This document shows positions 25,330 to 37,389 of a stretch of 64,000 nt of DNA, one piece after another. Position 1 is the stretch's first letter. Each line of letters opens with the position of its first letter. A program made the position numbers and the translations under genes. Under the pieces are notes generated by a model. That model was given only the letters and a program-made list of their open reading frames with translations, was not told the origin of the DNA and ran no database searches. This DNA comes from Octopus sinensis (taxonomy: Eukaryota). Location: positions 11,222,001-11,286,000 of the forward strand of contig NC_043016.1 of NCBI RefSeq assembly GCF_006345805.1. Reading direction: 5' to 3'.

Positions 25330-26321
25330 ATGGAGACCCAACCAGCCATCAGCTATACTGCAGCAATGGGAAGAAGTTTGAGTAATATTTTGCAGGTTAA
25401 AGAAGTGAAATTTGACGAGAGGAAATTGAAAAAGGCGAAGGAACTTACAGTTACAGAAGGAAATAGCTTGAGGCTGACCCCACCAAAAGAGATAATGGAA
25501 GAAACAGTAAAAAAAACTGTTGTGTATAGAACGCTATCAAACTCAAGCAAAAGGGTGGAAATAGCAGCTATTGAAGCAATGGGGGAGTGTTTTAAAGATA
25601 TTAAGCACCTTACAACATACTACACCTGAGGCAAGAAGTATGGCACAGTGGAGGTACAGTTTGTGACCAAACAGGATGCAATAAAGTGCTCCATTGTGCC
25701 ATTGAGGTCGGAAGAGTGGGCACTGCTGCCAACCTACTGTGGCAAACATGCAGCCAGAATTAGGATTGGCAGAGTGACCCCAGAAATCGATGAAATGTGG
25801 ATAGTGGCAGCCATGCTCTTCAATGGGGAGGAGGAGACCAATGTGCTGAAGGTAACGAGAACAATGGAGGTAAACTGGCTTGGATATGGCCTTGAGGTGA
25901 GAGTCCAAATCAGTTTGCCAGACCTGCATAAAATTGTAGACCAAATTATGTTGCCAGAGGATGTTAAACTAAGAGTGATAGTGGAGAGAAAACCTCCCAT
26001 CTGCAACCACTGTGGAGTACAGGGACACATGCAAGCAAGGTGTCCCCAGAAACAAGAAGGAGAACAGGAGCAGGTGGAGGCGGAACAAGGAGTGGTAGCA
26101 CAAAGCCAAGTAAGTGAAGAGATGGAAAACGTAGAAGGAAAATACTCAGTTGGAAAAAGAAAGAAGAAAAGAGATGAAAATGCAAATTTACCACCAAAAA
26201 AGACCGCAAAGAAAGAGAAAAGACAATTTAGAGGAGACACAAATTTAAAGAACAGAAATAACAAAAAAGGAAATTACAGAAGAAAAAACAAGTAAGCAGA
26301 AAGGAAAGGAAGTAACAATAA

Positions 26322-26352
<31 letters not shown>

Positions 26353-27101
26353 TGGTTGAGACACGAAAACCAGGGGCACCGGGAGAGAATAGAGATGGAA
26401 AACGAGAAGGGGTACCCAAAGGAAAAAATGTGAGGATGATGTAAGAATATAAAAAGAGCATAGAAATAGAGAAACGGATACTAAAATGAAAAATGTAATC
26501 AGAGGCGCAGGAGTGGCTGTGTGGTAAGTAGCTTGTTTACCAGCCACATGGTTCCGGGTTCAGTCCCACTGCGTGGCACCTTAGGCAAGTGTCTTCTACT
26601 ATAGCCTCGGGCCGACCAATGCCTTGTGAGTGGATTTGGTAGATGGAAACTGAAAGAAGCCCGTCGTATATATGTGTATATATATATATATATGCGTGTG
26701 TGTGTTTGTGTGTCTGTGTTTGTCCCCCTAGCATTGCTTGACAACCGATGCTAGTGTGTTTATGTCCCTGTTACTTAGCGGTTCGGCAAAAGGGACCGAT
26801 AGAATAATTACCGGGCTTACAAAAGAATAAGTCCCAGGGTTGAGTTGCTCGACTAAAGGCGGTGCTCCAGCATGGCCGCAGTCAAATGTCTGAAACAAGT
26901 AAAAGAGTAAAAGAGAGTAAAATTGTCAGGGAGTGAGGCTAATGAAAACGACAGGGTAGTGTTGATAGAGAGAGAGAGAAAATAGAAAGACTAAAAGAAA
27001 TAATTGGCAAACAAACTGTATTATTGGAGTTGTGGGTTCGATGCGACGAAGTACCACCAGTTCTGCCATTTGAAGACATAGTGGAGTACATAGTCAAATG
27101 A
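25330..27101 (+). mobile_element. gag/ORF1-like element B (RRM-like region plus CCHC knuckle), no ORF2
   Basis: 25330-26295 is one frame with a single internal TGA. CNHCGVQGHMQARC at 26002-26043. A frameshifted C-terminal part runs to TGA at 27099 and is interrupted by SINE A. Confidence 0.8.
26503..26917 (+). mobile_element. Full-length SINE group A inserted in element B
   Basis: The paralog at ~28910 shows the empty site ATCAGAGTGAAATTGTCAGGG. Confidence 0.92.
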
Positions 27102-27171
27102 AAATAAGTGAAATTTATAAAATTAAAATTATGTTTTAAAAAAAGAAGAACAATGAACTGTTCATGAATAT

Positions 27172-27640
27172 CATCATCATCATCATCATCGTTTAACGTC
27201 CGTTCTCCATGCTAGCATGGGTTGGACGGTTCAACCGGGGATCTGGGAAGCCAGAAGGCTGCACCAGGCTCCGGTCTTATCTGGCAATGTTTCTACAGCT
27301 GGATGCCCTTCCTAACGCCAACCACTCCGTGAGTGTAGTGGGTGTTTTTTACGTGCCACCTGCACTGGTGCCAGGCGAGGCTGGCATCGGCCACGGTCAG
27401 ATTGGTACATTTTACGTGCCACCTGCACGGAAGCCAGTCGAGGCGGCACTGGCTTCGGTCACGATTCGGATGGTGCTTTTTACATGCCACTGACATGGAA
27501 GCCAGTCGAGGCGGCGCTGGCATCGGCCACGATTCGGATAGTGCTTTTTGCGTATCTCCTGTCCAGGGGTCCTGGCATCTGCCGGGTGCCAGTCATAGGA
27601 TTGGTTCAATTTCGATTCCGATTTCACTTGCCCCAACAGG
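27172..27640 (-). mobile_element. Group E (RTE 3' UTR) element
   Basis: (CAT)n tail, GGATGCCCTTCCTAACGCCAACC, and 3-4 internal tandem units. Confidence 0.85.
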
Positions 27641-27831
27641 GGATATGTGTTGCATAAACAGTTAAATGACACTGCTTGTGTATGGGATGCAAGTAAGACA
27701 TTTCATTTTTCTCATTATATCACTATATTTATTCGATTTTTGTTTTATGTACCCCACTATATTGTGTTGTCTGTCTTTGTCCGTCCCTTCTTTGTAAGAG
27801 CTATATGCTCATAGTAAAGAATAAAGCTAGC

Positions 27832-27895
27832 AAGCCATGCTACTCCAGACTGATGATGAGCAATGACTCTGAAACTAGTCTCTGGATGCTGGCTT
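27832..27895 (+). ncRNA. Minimal type-I hammerhead ribozyme motif
   Basis: TCCAGA-CTGATGA-T-GAG-CAATGA-CTC-T-GAAAC-TA-GT-C-TCTGGA. Perfect 6-bp stem I plus an AAGCCA/TGGCTT extension. Stem III is the palindrome ACTAGT; GUC triplet at 27878-27880. Confidence 0.8.
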
Positions 27896-28304
27896 AGCTG
27901 GGTGGAGGTGCTTATCTCCCCTGTTTGAAAATATAAGGACACAGAAAATGTGTCAAGACCGACAGGAAGCGGTGCTTCTTAGGGCTAAATAACAGTAGTA
28001 TTATTCCCTTTCGTGGGACTGTCACATTAAGTTGACAACATACCACCACTTTTTAGGATATTTCTGTTAAAATTCACTAATTTTGTTTCAATTAATATTG
28101 AAAATAATGAAGGATTCAGTAAAATAACTTCGTCATTATTAAACAGAAGTTCGGAACAAAGTAACACAAAATTTTGATGGAGGTTTCTAATTTAGACCAC
28201 TTTAAACAGAGAGCTTGTGTCATAAAACTTAGCAGTAGTCTCTGACAGGTCTGATTTCAAAATTCTTAAATAGCTACAATCAACTATTTGTGTACTTGGA
28301 ATTT

Positions 28305-28635
28305 AAGTTAACATGAAGTTTTGCTGGAAGGTTTGTAATTTAAATCATTTCAAAGAATAAAGTTTGCAACAGGAACCAGCAACAATCTCGGGTGGTTTTG
28401 CTACCAAAATGGTTAAAAAGCCACATTTGAGTACTTTTGGTTGGTTTCTCTTTCACATCAAAAGATCTGTAACAGCAATCCACATTAACTAAACAGAATG
28501 ATGGGAACACAGTTAGGATCTTTTTCACATCAGCCTATAATCCAGGATAAAGATTTGTAATTCAGTGGTGCAACCAATAATATTCTGAAATTGGAGATTC
28601 AATTTTTCATTGATTTTTAATTCAAACAATTCTTG
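28305..28635. repeat. MITE-like segment duplicated at 29817-30148
   Basis: Near-identical GTTAACATGAAGTTTTGCTGGAAGG..TTCAAACAATTCTTGT in both places. Confidence 0.8.
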
Positions 28636-28789
28636 TTATTACTTTTCTCTTCTCTCATCTCTTGAGAATCAGCCTAAACCCCAATCTGGAATCCTCACAC
28701 TGAAAATACCTTCAAAATCATTTGGAGAAATCACCATATAAGCAATTCCAAGTGAGGACCTGCAAGTTACTGTTTTGTTACTGGAACAT

Positions 28790-29090
28790 CAGGAGAGATT
28801 AGATACGGAAAACGGGAAGGAGTACCAAAAGGAAAAACTGTGAAGATGATGGTAGAATATAAAAAGAGCATAGAAATAGAGAAACGGATCACTAAAATGA
28901 AAACCATAATCAGAGTGAAATTGTCAGGGATGGAGCATACCGAAGACGACAGGGTAGTTTTGATAGAGAGAGAGAAAATAGAAAGAATAAAGAATTGTTT
29001 GGTGAACAAATTGTATTATCGGAGTTGTGGGTTAGATGCGATGAACTACCACCAGTGGTGCCATTTGAAGACATAGTGGAACAGATAGTG
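28790..29090 (+). mobile_element. C-terminal fragment paralogous to gag-like element B
   Basis: EYKKSIEIEKRI..DDRVVLIEREKIER matches 26400-27090. Confidence 0.8.
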
Positions 29091-29399
29091 GATTACAAGC
29101 TGATAAAATTCTCCACATCCATTTAAACAAAATAAGCTATCAGGAAAATATATATGTGAAATTCAGATCATCTTTTTGCAGCTGCAAATTCATTTTGTTA
29201 CACTTTGAAATCTATATCTGACATATAAGCTACGTTATTTTTAAACTCCTACAAGCTGTCTTGCATGCAAACATCTTAGTTTTCAAAGAATTCAAAAACT
29301 GTCTTCAAAAAGACTATTGCACCATCTTAGACAGGCATTCTTCAACAATCAGCAAACATCATGATGTTTTGTTCACACAGCTGTCTGAATAATCCTTTC

Positions 29400-29595
29400 T
29401 ACAATAGGCACAAGGCCTGAAACTTGGTAGGGAGGGGAGCCAGTCAATTAGATTGACCCCAGTGTGCAACTGGTACTTAATCAACCCCGAAGGGATGAAA
29501 GACAAAGATGACCTCAGCAGAATTTGAACTCAGAATGTAAGGACAAACAAAATACCAATAAGCATTTCACCTGGTGTGCTAACAATTCTGCCACA
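29400..29595 (-). mobile_element. SINE group B
   Basis: Family consensus match. Confidence 0.8.
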
Positions 29596-29630
29596 GCCGT
29601 CTGAATAATGTGAACAATTTACCATTTAGA

Positions 29631-30290
29631 GCTGTGGTTCTCAACCAGGGTCTATATGATCCCTGGGGGTCCACATAATGTTTTTGGGGTTCTATGCAAG
29701 CAAAGTAATAAATTGGGGATCCACAGTAGTATTTAAGGGGTCTATGTAGTAGTATTTTAAGGGTCTATGAAAAAATTCATTTATTGCAAGAAATAGCTAC
29801 GTTTCTTTCTCTGATGTTAGTTAACATGAAGTTTTGCTGGAAGGTTTGTAATTTAGATAATTTTAAAGCATAAAGTTTGCAACAGGAACCAGGGACAAGC
29901 TCTGGTGGTTTTGGTACTAAAATGGTTAAAAAGCCACATTTGAGTACTTGAGGTTGGTTTCTCTTTCACATCAAAAGATCTGTAACAGCAATCCACATTA
30001 ACTAAATAGAATGATGGGAACACAGTTAGGATCTTTTTCACAACAGCCTATAATCCAGGATAAAGATTTGTAATTCAGTGGTGCAACCAATAATATTCTG
30101 AAATTGGAGATTCAATTTTTCATTGATTTTTAATTCAAACAATTCTTGTAATCACTTGTAAAACAAAATAGGAAATTTTGAAAGAAGTTTCTATAAAACT
30201 AATTTCTAAACATAGAATGGCTATGAGGGTCTACCAGAATGAAATAGTAATCAAAGGGATTCATAAATAGAAAATGGTTGAAACCCCCTG
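29631..30290. mobile_element. Decayed hAT (Charlie-like) MITE with nested insert
   Basis: GTGGTTCTCAACC / GGTTGAAACCCC termini. Confidence 0.5.
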
Positions 30291-30504
30291 CTTTAAATGT
30301 TTGTATCGCAAGAAATAGCTAGGTTTCTTTCTCTAACATTTTACATAATTCAACCTACACAAGTAAATGTGTGAAAAATAAAATAGGAAAGTTTGAAAGG
30401 AGATAAAACTAGTATTTAAACATAGAATGGCTATAGAGATGTGCGTGCGTGCATGTGTGTGTGTGTGTGTGTGTGTGTGGTTTACATCTATCTATGTATG
30501 TATG

Positions 30505-30815
30505 TATTAGAGCATTAGACTCACAATCATGAGGTATTGAGTTCGATTCCCAGAATGGGTGTGTGTTGTGTTCTTGAGCAAGACACTTTATTTCACATTG
30601 ATCCAGTTCACTCAGCTGTAGAAATGAATTGTGATGTCACTGGTGCCAAGTTGTGATGTCAGCTTTTGCCTTTCCCTTGGATAACATCCATAGAGAGGGG
30701 AGGCTGGTATGCATGGGTGACTGCTGGTCTTCCACAAAGCAACCTCACCCGGACTTATACCTTGGAAAGGAACTTTCTAGGTGCAATCCCATGGTCATTC
30801 ATGACTGAAGGGGTC
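30505..30815 (+). mobile_element. SINE group C
   Basis: Family consensus match, followed by (TATG)n to ~30995. Confidence 0.8.
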
Positions 30816-30837
30816 TTTATGTATGCATGCATGCATG

Positions 30838-30868
<31 letters not shown>

Positions 30869-31019
30869 TGTATGTATGTTTGTATGTATGTATGTAGTAT
30901 GTATGTATGTAGTGGTGTATGTATGTATGTATGTATGTATGTATGTATGTATGTATGTATGTATGTATTATGTATTGTGTATATATGTATGTATGTGACA
31001 AAGTGTAAGTGATTTGAGA

Positions 31020-31582
31020 GAAAAACTGGATATATGAGGCATGAGATGTAAGGTGCAAGAGAGAAGACTGCACTGGTTTGGTCATGTGATGTGTGTGGAT
31101 GAAGGCAGTTGCATCAAGAGGTGTCGATCTCTAATTGTGGAAGGAACATGTGGAAGGGTTAGACCAAGGAAGACATGGGACACTGTGGTGAGAAAGGATC
31201 TCCAAATGTCAGGAGTCACAAAGGGGATGACAGGGGACTGAGACTTATGGCAGTTTGCTGTGCTTGAGAAAACACACCAAACTATGCAAAAGCATGGTTG
31301 CCCTTGTACCCCTCTTCAGCTGAGTGATCCTAATCATGTGGGCTCGTGAGTGCTGGTGCCACATAAAAAGCGCCAGTAGTGGTGCCACATAAACATACCC
31401 ATGCCAGCGCTGCATAGAAGCACTCAGTGCACTTGGTTAAGTGGTGGTGTTAAGAAGGGCATCAAACCGTAGAAACCATTCCAAAATAGACATGAACCTG
31501 AGCAGCTCCTCAGCTGACCAGCTCCTGTGAAACCATCCAGTCTATGCTAGCATGGAAAACAGATGTCAAATGATGATGATGT
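31020..31582 (+). mobile_element. 5'-truncated RTE LINE: ORF end plus group E 3' UTR
   Basis: RRLHWFGHVM..GTCGRVRPRKTW, then AAGGGCATC..GCTAGCATGGAAAACAGATG(ATG)n. Confidence 0.85.
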
Positions 31583-31716
31583 ATGTATGCATATATGTAT
31601 ATATCTATCTATGTATATAAATACACACATATATATGCATGTGTAAAGATTTGATATTTATACATGCATACACACACACACACACACACATATATCTCCT
31701 CGTTTTTTTCTGTGTA

Positions 31717-31754
31717 TCTTTCTGTAGAAGACCGTTGGCTCAAAACGAAAAAGA
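31717..31754 (+). ncRNA. Decayed ultra-minimal hammerhead-like motif
   Basis: TCTTT-CTGTAGA-A-GACC-GTTG-GCTC-AAAAC-GA-A-AAAGA; homologous to 932-967. Confidence 0.35.
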
Positions 31755-32249
31755 CTTTTTCTATTCCTGTACGCTATACATTTGTTGTTTGTACACCACC
31801 TATTCCTGTACGCTATACATTTGTTTGTTTGTACACCACCTGCCTTCGTCTTTTGTTTATTTTCATAAACTTTCCCTTTAAATATATATATATATATATA
31901 TTGACATAAAATGAAGCAATGATAAGATGACAGCTGAATCAGCCTGTTTGGGTTTGCAGTTTGCATGGACAGGTATGTACATTGCAAATTAAACGATGTA
32001 TTTTGTGTCAGCAAGCAGAGAACCTTTCTTTTTCCATACTATGTGTATTTGCTGACAATGCCAATATTTCTAGCTTCAACATGATGCACAACTTAAATCT
32101 GATGGTTTGTCCACTTTATTTATTGGGGATTTTTTTTGTAACAATGCTACAATTTATAAGATTAGTGACTCCATGATTTCAACCTTGGGGATGTCAGCTG
32201 GGTACACTAGTTTCTTTTCAAGGCATCTATTGTTGAACAGGGTCCTGAA

Positions 32250-33050
32250 GCTACATGATTGATCTTGATGTTACTTAAGTTAGTTTATATTTCTTTCTTT
32301 TTCTTTTGTGGTTAAAGATTTGCAAATCCATTTTAAGGAGCCAGCTATAACTTACTTTAAAATTATTTCCATTGAATATTTTGTGATACCAATGTATTTG
32401 TGGTGAGTGTCAACTAGAATGAGAAAATATCTAGCTATGTTTGCAGCTACATTCATTCTATATAATAATGAATTTAACAATACCATAGGAGACTAATGCC
32501 TATGTATCCCACATCTAATTGCAATATAGATGATACTTTCATTGCAAGTGTGCCTTTCTGGTACATTGTTGTAACGTGGGTTAGCTTTATTGAACATGGG
32601 TCCATCTAAATGTGTTAACTCATATTTTTGGTGATCTGTTTGATAACAGATTGAGGGTGGTTTGAGTGCCTATTTACATAAGTGGTTTCTTTGTTTGGTT
32701 TGTGGATTGGCAGATGATATTTATCTGTACATGATATGTAGGTAATTGACTGTCTTATGGTTGATGTTGACAGCAATTTTCACATTAAGTTGCATAAAAA
32801 TACTGGTAAGTTATTTTTGAATTAAGCTGTCCACTTTGTTATCCATTTTGTTATGTGCCACCTCATTCCATCACCACTGTATAATCCTATATTGGACTCC
32901 TTCATTTCCTTGCTTAGCTTATATATAATAAAAAAAACCCAAATTAGGTCTGCAATTTCAGTCCCATTGTGGCTCTCCATTGTGACATCAAAGAGTTCCT
33001 CAACATTTTTACCTTGTAAGAATTATTGTAAAGACAATAATTATCCAACC
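32250..33050 (-). mobile_element. Penelope-like element remnant (RT plus GIY-YIG)
   Basis: FDVTMESHNGTEIADL (~32978), IGLYSGDGM (YRDD equivalent, ~32870), HKPNKETTYVNRHSNHPQSVIKQI, TCNESIIYIA..YIG. Confidence 0.8.
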
Positions 33051-33197
33051 ACGAACTGTTGCCAACTCATTCTTCCAACTCATCACTAACACATACACAT
33101 ACATGTACATATCTACATACATATACATATATGAGTGCACACAACACACACACATCTCTTTCTCACTCTCTCTCTATATATATATATATGTGTGTGT

Positions 33198-33240
<43 letters not shown>

Positions 33241-33419
33241 CACACACACACAGAGGGGGTGAGATTCCATACAGTTTCTGTCTATCAAATTCATTCACAA
33301 AAGCATTGGTCGGCTGATCAAGGTGCTGCCTAATGGAAATGAACCCAAAACTACTTAATTGTCAAGCGAATTTATTAACCACAGAGACAAGCCTACTTTC
33401 CTTTCATATATATATATAT

Positions 33420-33890
33420 ATATAATAAAATATTAGGGAATAAATCCAAACTTACAGGGAAAAATCAGATTTAGGATTGAATCCAATTTTATAGCAAAAT
33501 ATTATATTATATTAAATTAGAGATAAAACCACTATTAGGCAAATCATACAATGAAAAACTTAAGCCAATACATAAGATTAATTAATTTATATTATTTTAA
33601 ATATATATCAAAATTATTTAAAAAAGATAATTAGTATAACACTACGATCGTTTCATGGCTGTCCAATTCTTAAAATTTCGAGTTACAGTCATCTTCAGGT
33701 GTGTTTAATGACTGTAACTCGAAATTTTAAGAATTGGACAGCCATGAAACGATCGTAGTGTTATATTAATTATCTTTTTTAATATTTTGGATATATTTAA
33801 ATAATATAAATTAATTAATCTTATGTATTGGCTTAAGTTTTTCATTGTATGATTTGCCTAATAGTGGTTTTATCTCTAATTTAATATAAT
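33420..33890. mobile_element. Foldback element, ~187-bp arms, 15-nt loop containing a hammerhead core
   Basis: Arms at 33506-33692 and 33708-33890. The minus strand reads ACAC-CTGAAGA-TG(A)CTGT..ACAG(C)CA-T-GAAAC-GATC-GT-A. Confidence 0.85.
33636..33704 (-). ncRNA. Type-I hammerhead-like motif (GATC loop, GUA triplet)
   Basis: Core intact. Stem I is complete only with the right-arm variant GTGT pairing with ACAC. Confidence 0.55.
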
Positions 33891-34010
33891 ATATATATAT
33901 AAGCAAATGACCCTTATAAGAATTAATTCATTAAATGGAGTTAAAAAAAAATAAAATTAAACGAAGCGGATTTTGATGTTAATGATGGATTTTTCATTTA
34001 TTCAACAATT

Positions 34011-34112
34011 ATCCCAGACAGCTGTTTCCGTTAAAAAAAGACCAAGATATCAACAAAACAAATAATGCATATTATTATCATATAAAGTTTTTTTGTACTC
34101 ATCAGTGGATTA
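34011..34112 (-). ncRNA. Hammerhead-like motif with long AT insert in stem II, inside a second foldback (33903-34210)
   Basis: TCCA-CTGATGA-GT..AC-G-GAAAC-AGCT-GT-C-TGGG; 33-bp flanking inverted repeat. Confidence 0.5.
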
Positions 34113-34405
34113 TAATTAAAAATTAACACAATAAGAAATTTTGCTTCATCTCATTTTATTTGATGACATTTATTGAAATCTGTTTAATGAATTAATTCTT
34201 ATAACGATCATTTGCATATGTATATATTCATAGGAATATGATAAGAAATTTGTAAATAACGTATGATGAAAGACACTAGAAACCCAGGGAGAGAAAGTAA
34301 ATTTTCATCCAGATAAGTATACACACACACACACACACACATACACACACACACACACTCACACACACTCATTTAGTAGGATCATACTATACTGTGCTTA
34401 ATGTA

Positions 34406-35326
34406 GGTGATGGTGGTGGTGGTGGTGGTGGCAAAAGTGACAACAACCATGGTGACACGAAGGATGATGATGATGATGGTGATGGTGATGGTGATGATGG
34501 TGGTGGTGGTGGCAGTGGTGGTGGTGATGGTGATGGCCATGGTGATAATGAAGTTGATGATGATGATGGTGATGATGATGATGATGGTGGTGGTGGTGGC
34601 AGTGGTGGTGGTGATTGTGATGGCAATGGTGATAATGAAGTTGATGATGATGATGGTGATGATGATGATGATGATGGTAGTGGTGGTGGTGGTGGCGGTG
34701 GTGGTGATGGTGGTGATGGTGATGATGGTAATGAAGTTGATGATGATCCTCCTCCTCCCCCTCCTCCTCATTCTCCCACCACCCTGCCATGCTACCCTAC
34801 CAATACTGCTTGCATTGCAATCACCATTGCCATCAACAGTCATCAGCCATCATCGTTGTTGCTGGCATTATAATCTTCATCATCAATGTTGTCATCATTG
34901 TCATCATAATCACTGTCATTATCCTCATCATCATCATCATCATTATCATCACCATCATCATCATCACCATCGTCATCATTATATTGTCATCATCATCATC
35001 TTCATCACCATCATTGACATCATTATCATCACCATCATCATAATCATCACCATCGTCATCATTATATTGTCATCATCATCTTCATCATCATCACCATCAT
35101 TGCCATCGTTATCATTACCATCATCATAATCATCATCGTCGTCAGTATCTCTATCAGTGCCATCGTTGTCATCATCATCAATGTCATCATCATCAATGTC
35201 ATCATCATCAATGTCATCATCATCAATGTCATCATCATCAATGTCATCATCATCAATGTCATCATCATCAATGTCATCATCATCAATGTCATCATCATCA
35301 ATGTCATCATCATCAATGTCATCATT
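34406..35326. repeat. Opposed (GAT/GGT)n and (CAT/CAC)n tracts with higher-order repeats
   Basis: About ten 15-bp GTCATCATCATCAAT units at 35168-35317; longer subrepeats at 34460-34745. Confidence 0.9.
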
Positions 35327-35543
35327 CTTCATTCATTAATTCAAACCAAAACAACCACACACAAAAACAAAACAAAAGTACAACAACAACAGCACGCCCC
35401 CACCTTGCCATTCTCCATTCTACCCCCACCCCTCCTTCCACGTCCCATCAAACACAGCCACCCCACTTCCACCGACACCTACAGTCCCCGTACCCCCACC
35501 CCGGCCACACCCAGCTTCTCAAACCCAAAAGGCAGATGGGCGC

Positions 35544-35571
35544 GGGGGGGTGGGGGGTGGGGGGTGGGGGG
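35544..35571 (+). other. G-quadruplex-forming motif
   Basis: G7-T-G6-T-G6-T-G6. Confidence 0.7.
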
Positions 35572-36059
35572 ATTGTGTACTACCCCCCCACATGTGGCAC
35601 AGGCGCAGAAAGCCTTCTGCTTGTCAAGGACTGTTATGACTGCGTGTGTGTGTGTGTGTGTGTGTATGCGTGTGTGTGTGTGTGTGTGTCTGAGTGTGTG
35701 CATTATTGAGAAGATAGGAGCAGGGTAGGGCCACCCCACACACCCCCAAGGGTATCTGTATGGGTGTTGTGTACACAATAGACATAGTTATGTTCCGTAG
35801 GGGGGGGCGGGCAGGAGTGGAAGCTTTATGTTGTATAACAGTTATTTATGTGTAACAGATCTGTTTTTTGTCTTGTGTATGTATGTATGTATGTATTTCA
35901 CACAGCCACATGTGTGTGCTTATGTGTGTTTTGTGTGGTGTGTCTGTGTGTGTGAGGGGTGGGGGTGTATGTATTTGGTGTGTATTTTGTGTGTCTGTAG
36001 GGCTTTTCTTTTTTTTGTTTTTTTCGCTGTTGTGTATACATATACATGTGTTTATGTAA

Positions 36060-36071
36060 CAAGTACTAGTA

Positions 36072-36130
<59 letters not shown>

Positions 36131-36484
36131 ATGTATGCGCATGTGTGTGTGGGTTTGTGTTTACAAGGGTGACGGTTATATCCACAGTGTGATGTTGCTT
36201 AGGGAGATACGTTTGTGTGTCAATCGGTGATGGTGAGGGGGGGGGGGGTGGGGGTCGGAGGAGGGAATTGTGCACAGGGGAAGCGTATGTGTGTGTATAT
36301 GTATGCATGCATACATGTGTGTGAGTATGTGTATATGTGTATGTGCATGGATTATTTATCTTTATCTCTCTCTCTATCTATCAATCTATGTATATACATA
36401 TATATATACATATATGTATATACATACATATATATATATATGTATGTATGTATGTGTGTGTATATATATATATAATATATATAC

Positions 36485-36528
<44 letters not shown>

Positions 36529-36685
36529 TATATATATATACATATATATTATACATATATATATATATACATATATGTATATATATATACATATATGTAT
36601 ATACATACATATATATATATACATACATACATATATGTATGTATGTGTGTGTGCAATCTGTATATATACACACACACACATATCT
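36060..36685. repeat. (TG)n and compound (TA/TATG)n microsatellites
   Basis: Direct reading. Confidence 0.9.
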
Positions 36686-37389
36686 AGGTCATATGAGGTT
36701 TGTTAGCAGCAAAGGGTTGATTTCTCTGTTTCCCCCTTTCTTTCCCACCTCTCTTGCCCCTTTCTCTCTCTCTCCCCTTCTCAGTTTCTTTCAGTGTTTC
36801 TCTACTCCCACCACCACCACCATCACCAATGGAGTGGATTGGTAGAATCCTCTGGAGCCCAGAGCCCCGAGAACATGATGCCTTGCCCTATTTAGTTACC
36901 TCTGTTTACTTTCCCTTCCAGCTTCAAACTGTATCAAGGTCAACTTTACCTTTCTTTTCACTGAAGATGTGTGTGTGTGTGAAAGGGTTGATGAGGCGGG
37001 AAGGGTGGAGGAGGTTCAATAGAATTAAAAACCTTTCTTGTATTGCACTGTCAGCAGACAAAATCGTTACCATGCCAACAAAATGCTTAGCAGCATTTCG
37101 TCCGTCTTTTACATTCTGAGTTCAAATTCCACCGAGGTCAGTTATGGCTTTCATCCTTGTATACTGGGGTTGATGTAATTGACTTATCTCCTACCCCTAA
37201 AATAATGTCCAAATAGTACTTACTTTATAAAAATCCTGAAAGGGTGAAAAGCAAAGCCGCCCTCTGTGGAAGTTGAACTCAGAACTTAAATGCCAAAAAG
37301 CATTTTTCCCTGAGTGCAAATGATTCTAACAGCTGACTGCCTTTATAAATATTATTCTTCATTGCTTCTATTTATTATAAATAGTGCCA

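Noticed and set aside
34382-35339. Poly-His, poly-Asp (aspein-like) and Gly/Asp-rich ORFs
   Set aside because: All frames are open because of trinucleotide repeats; there is no unique coding sequence or splice context.
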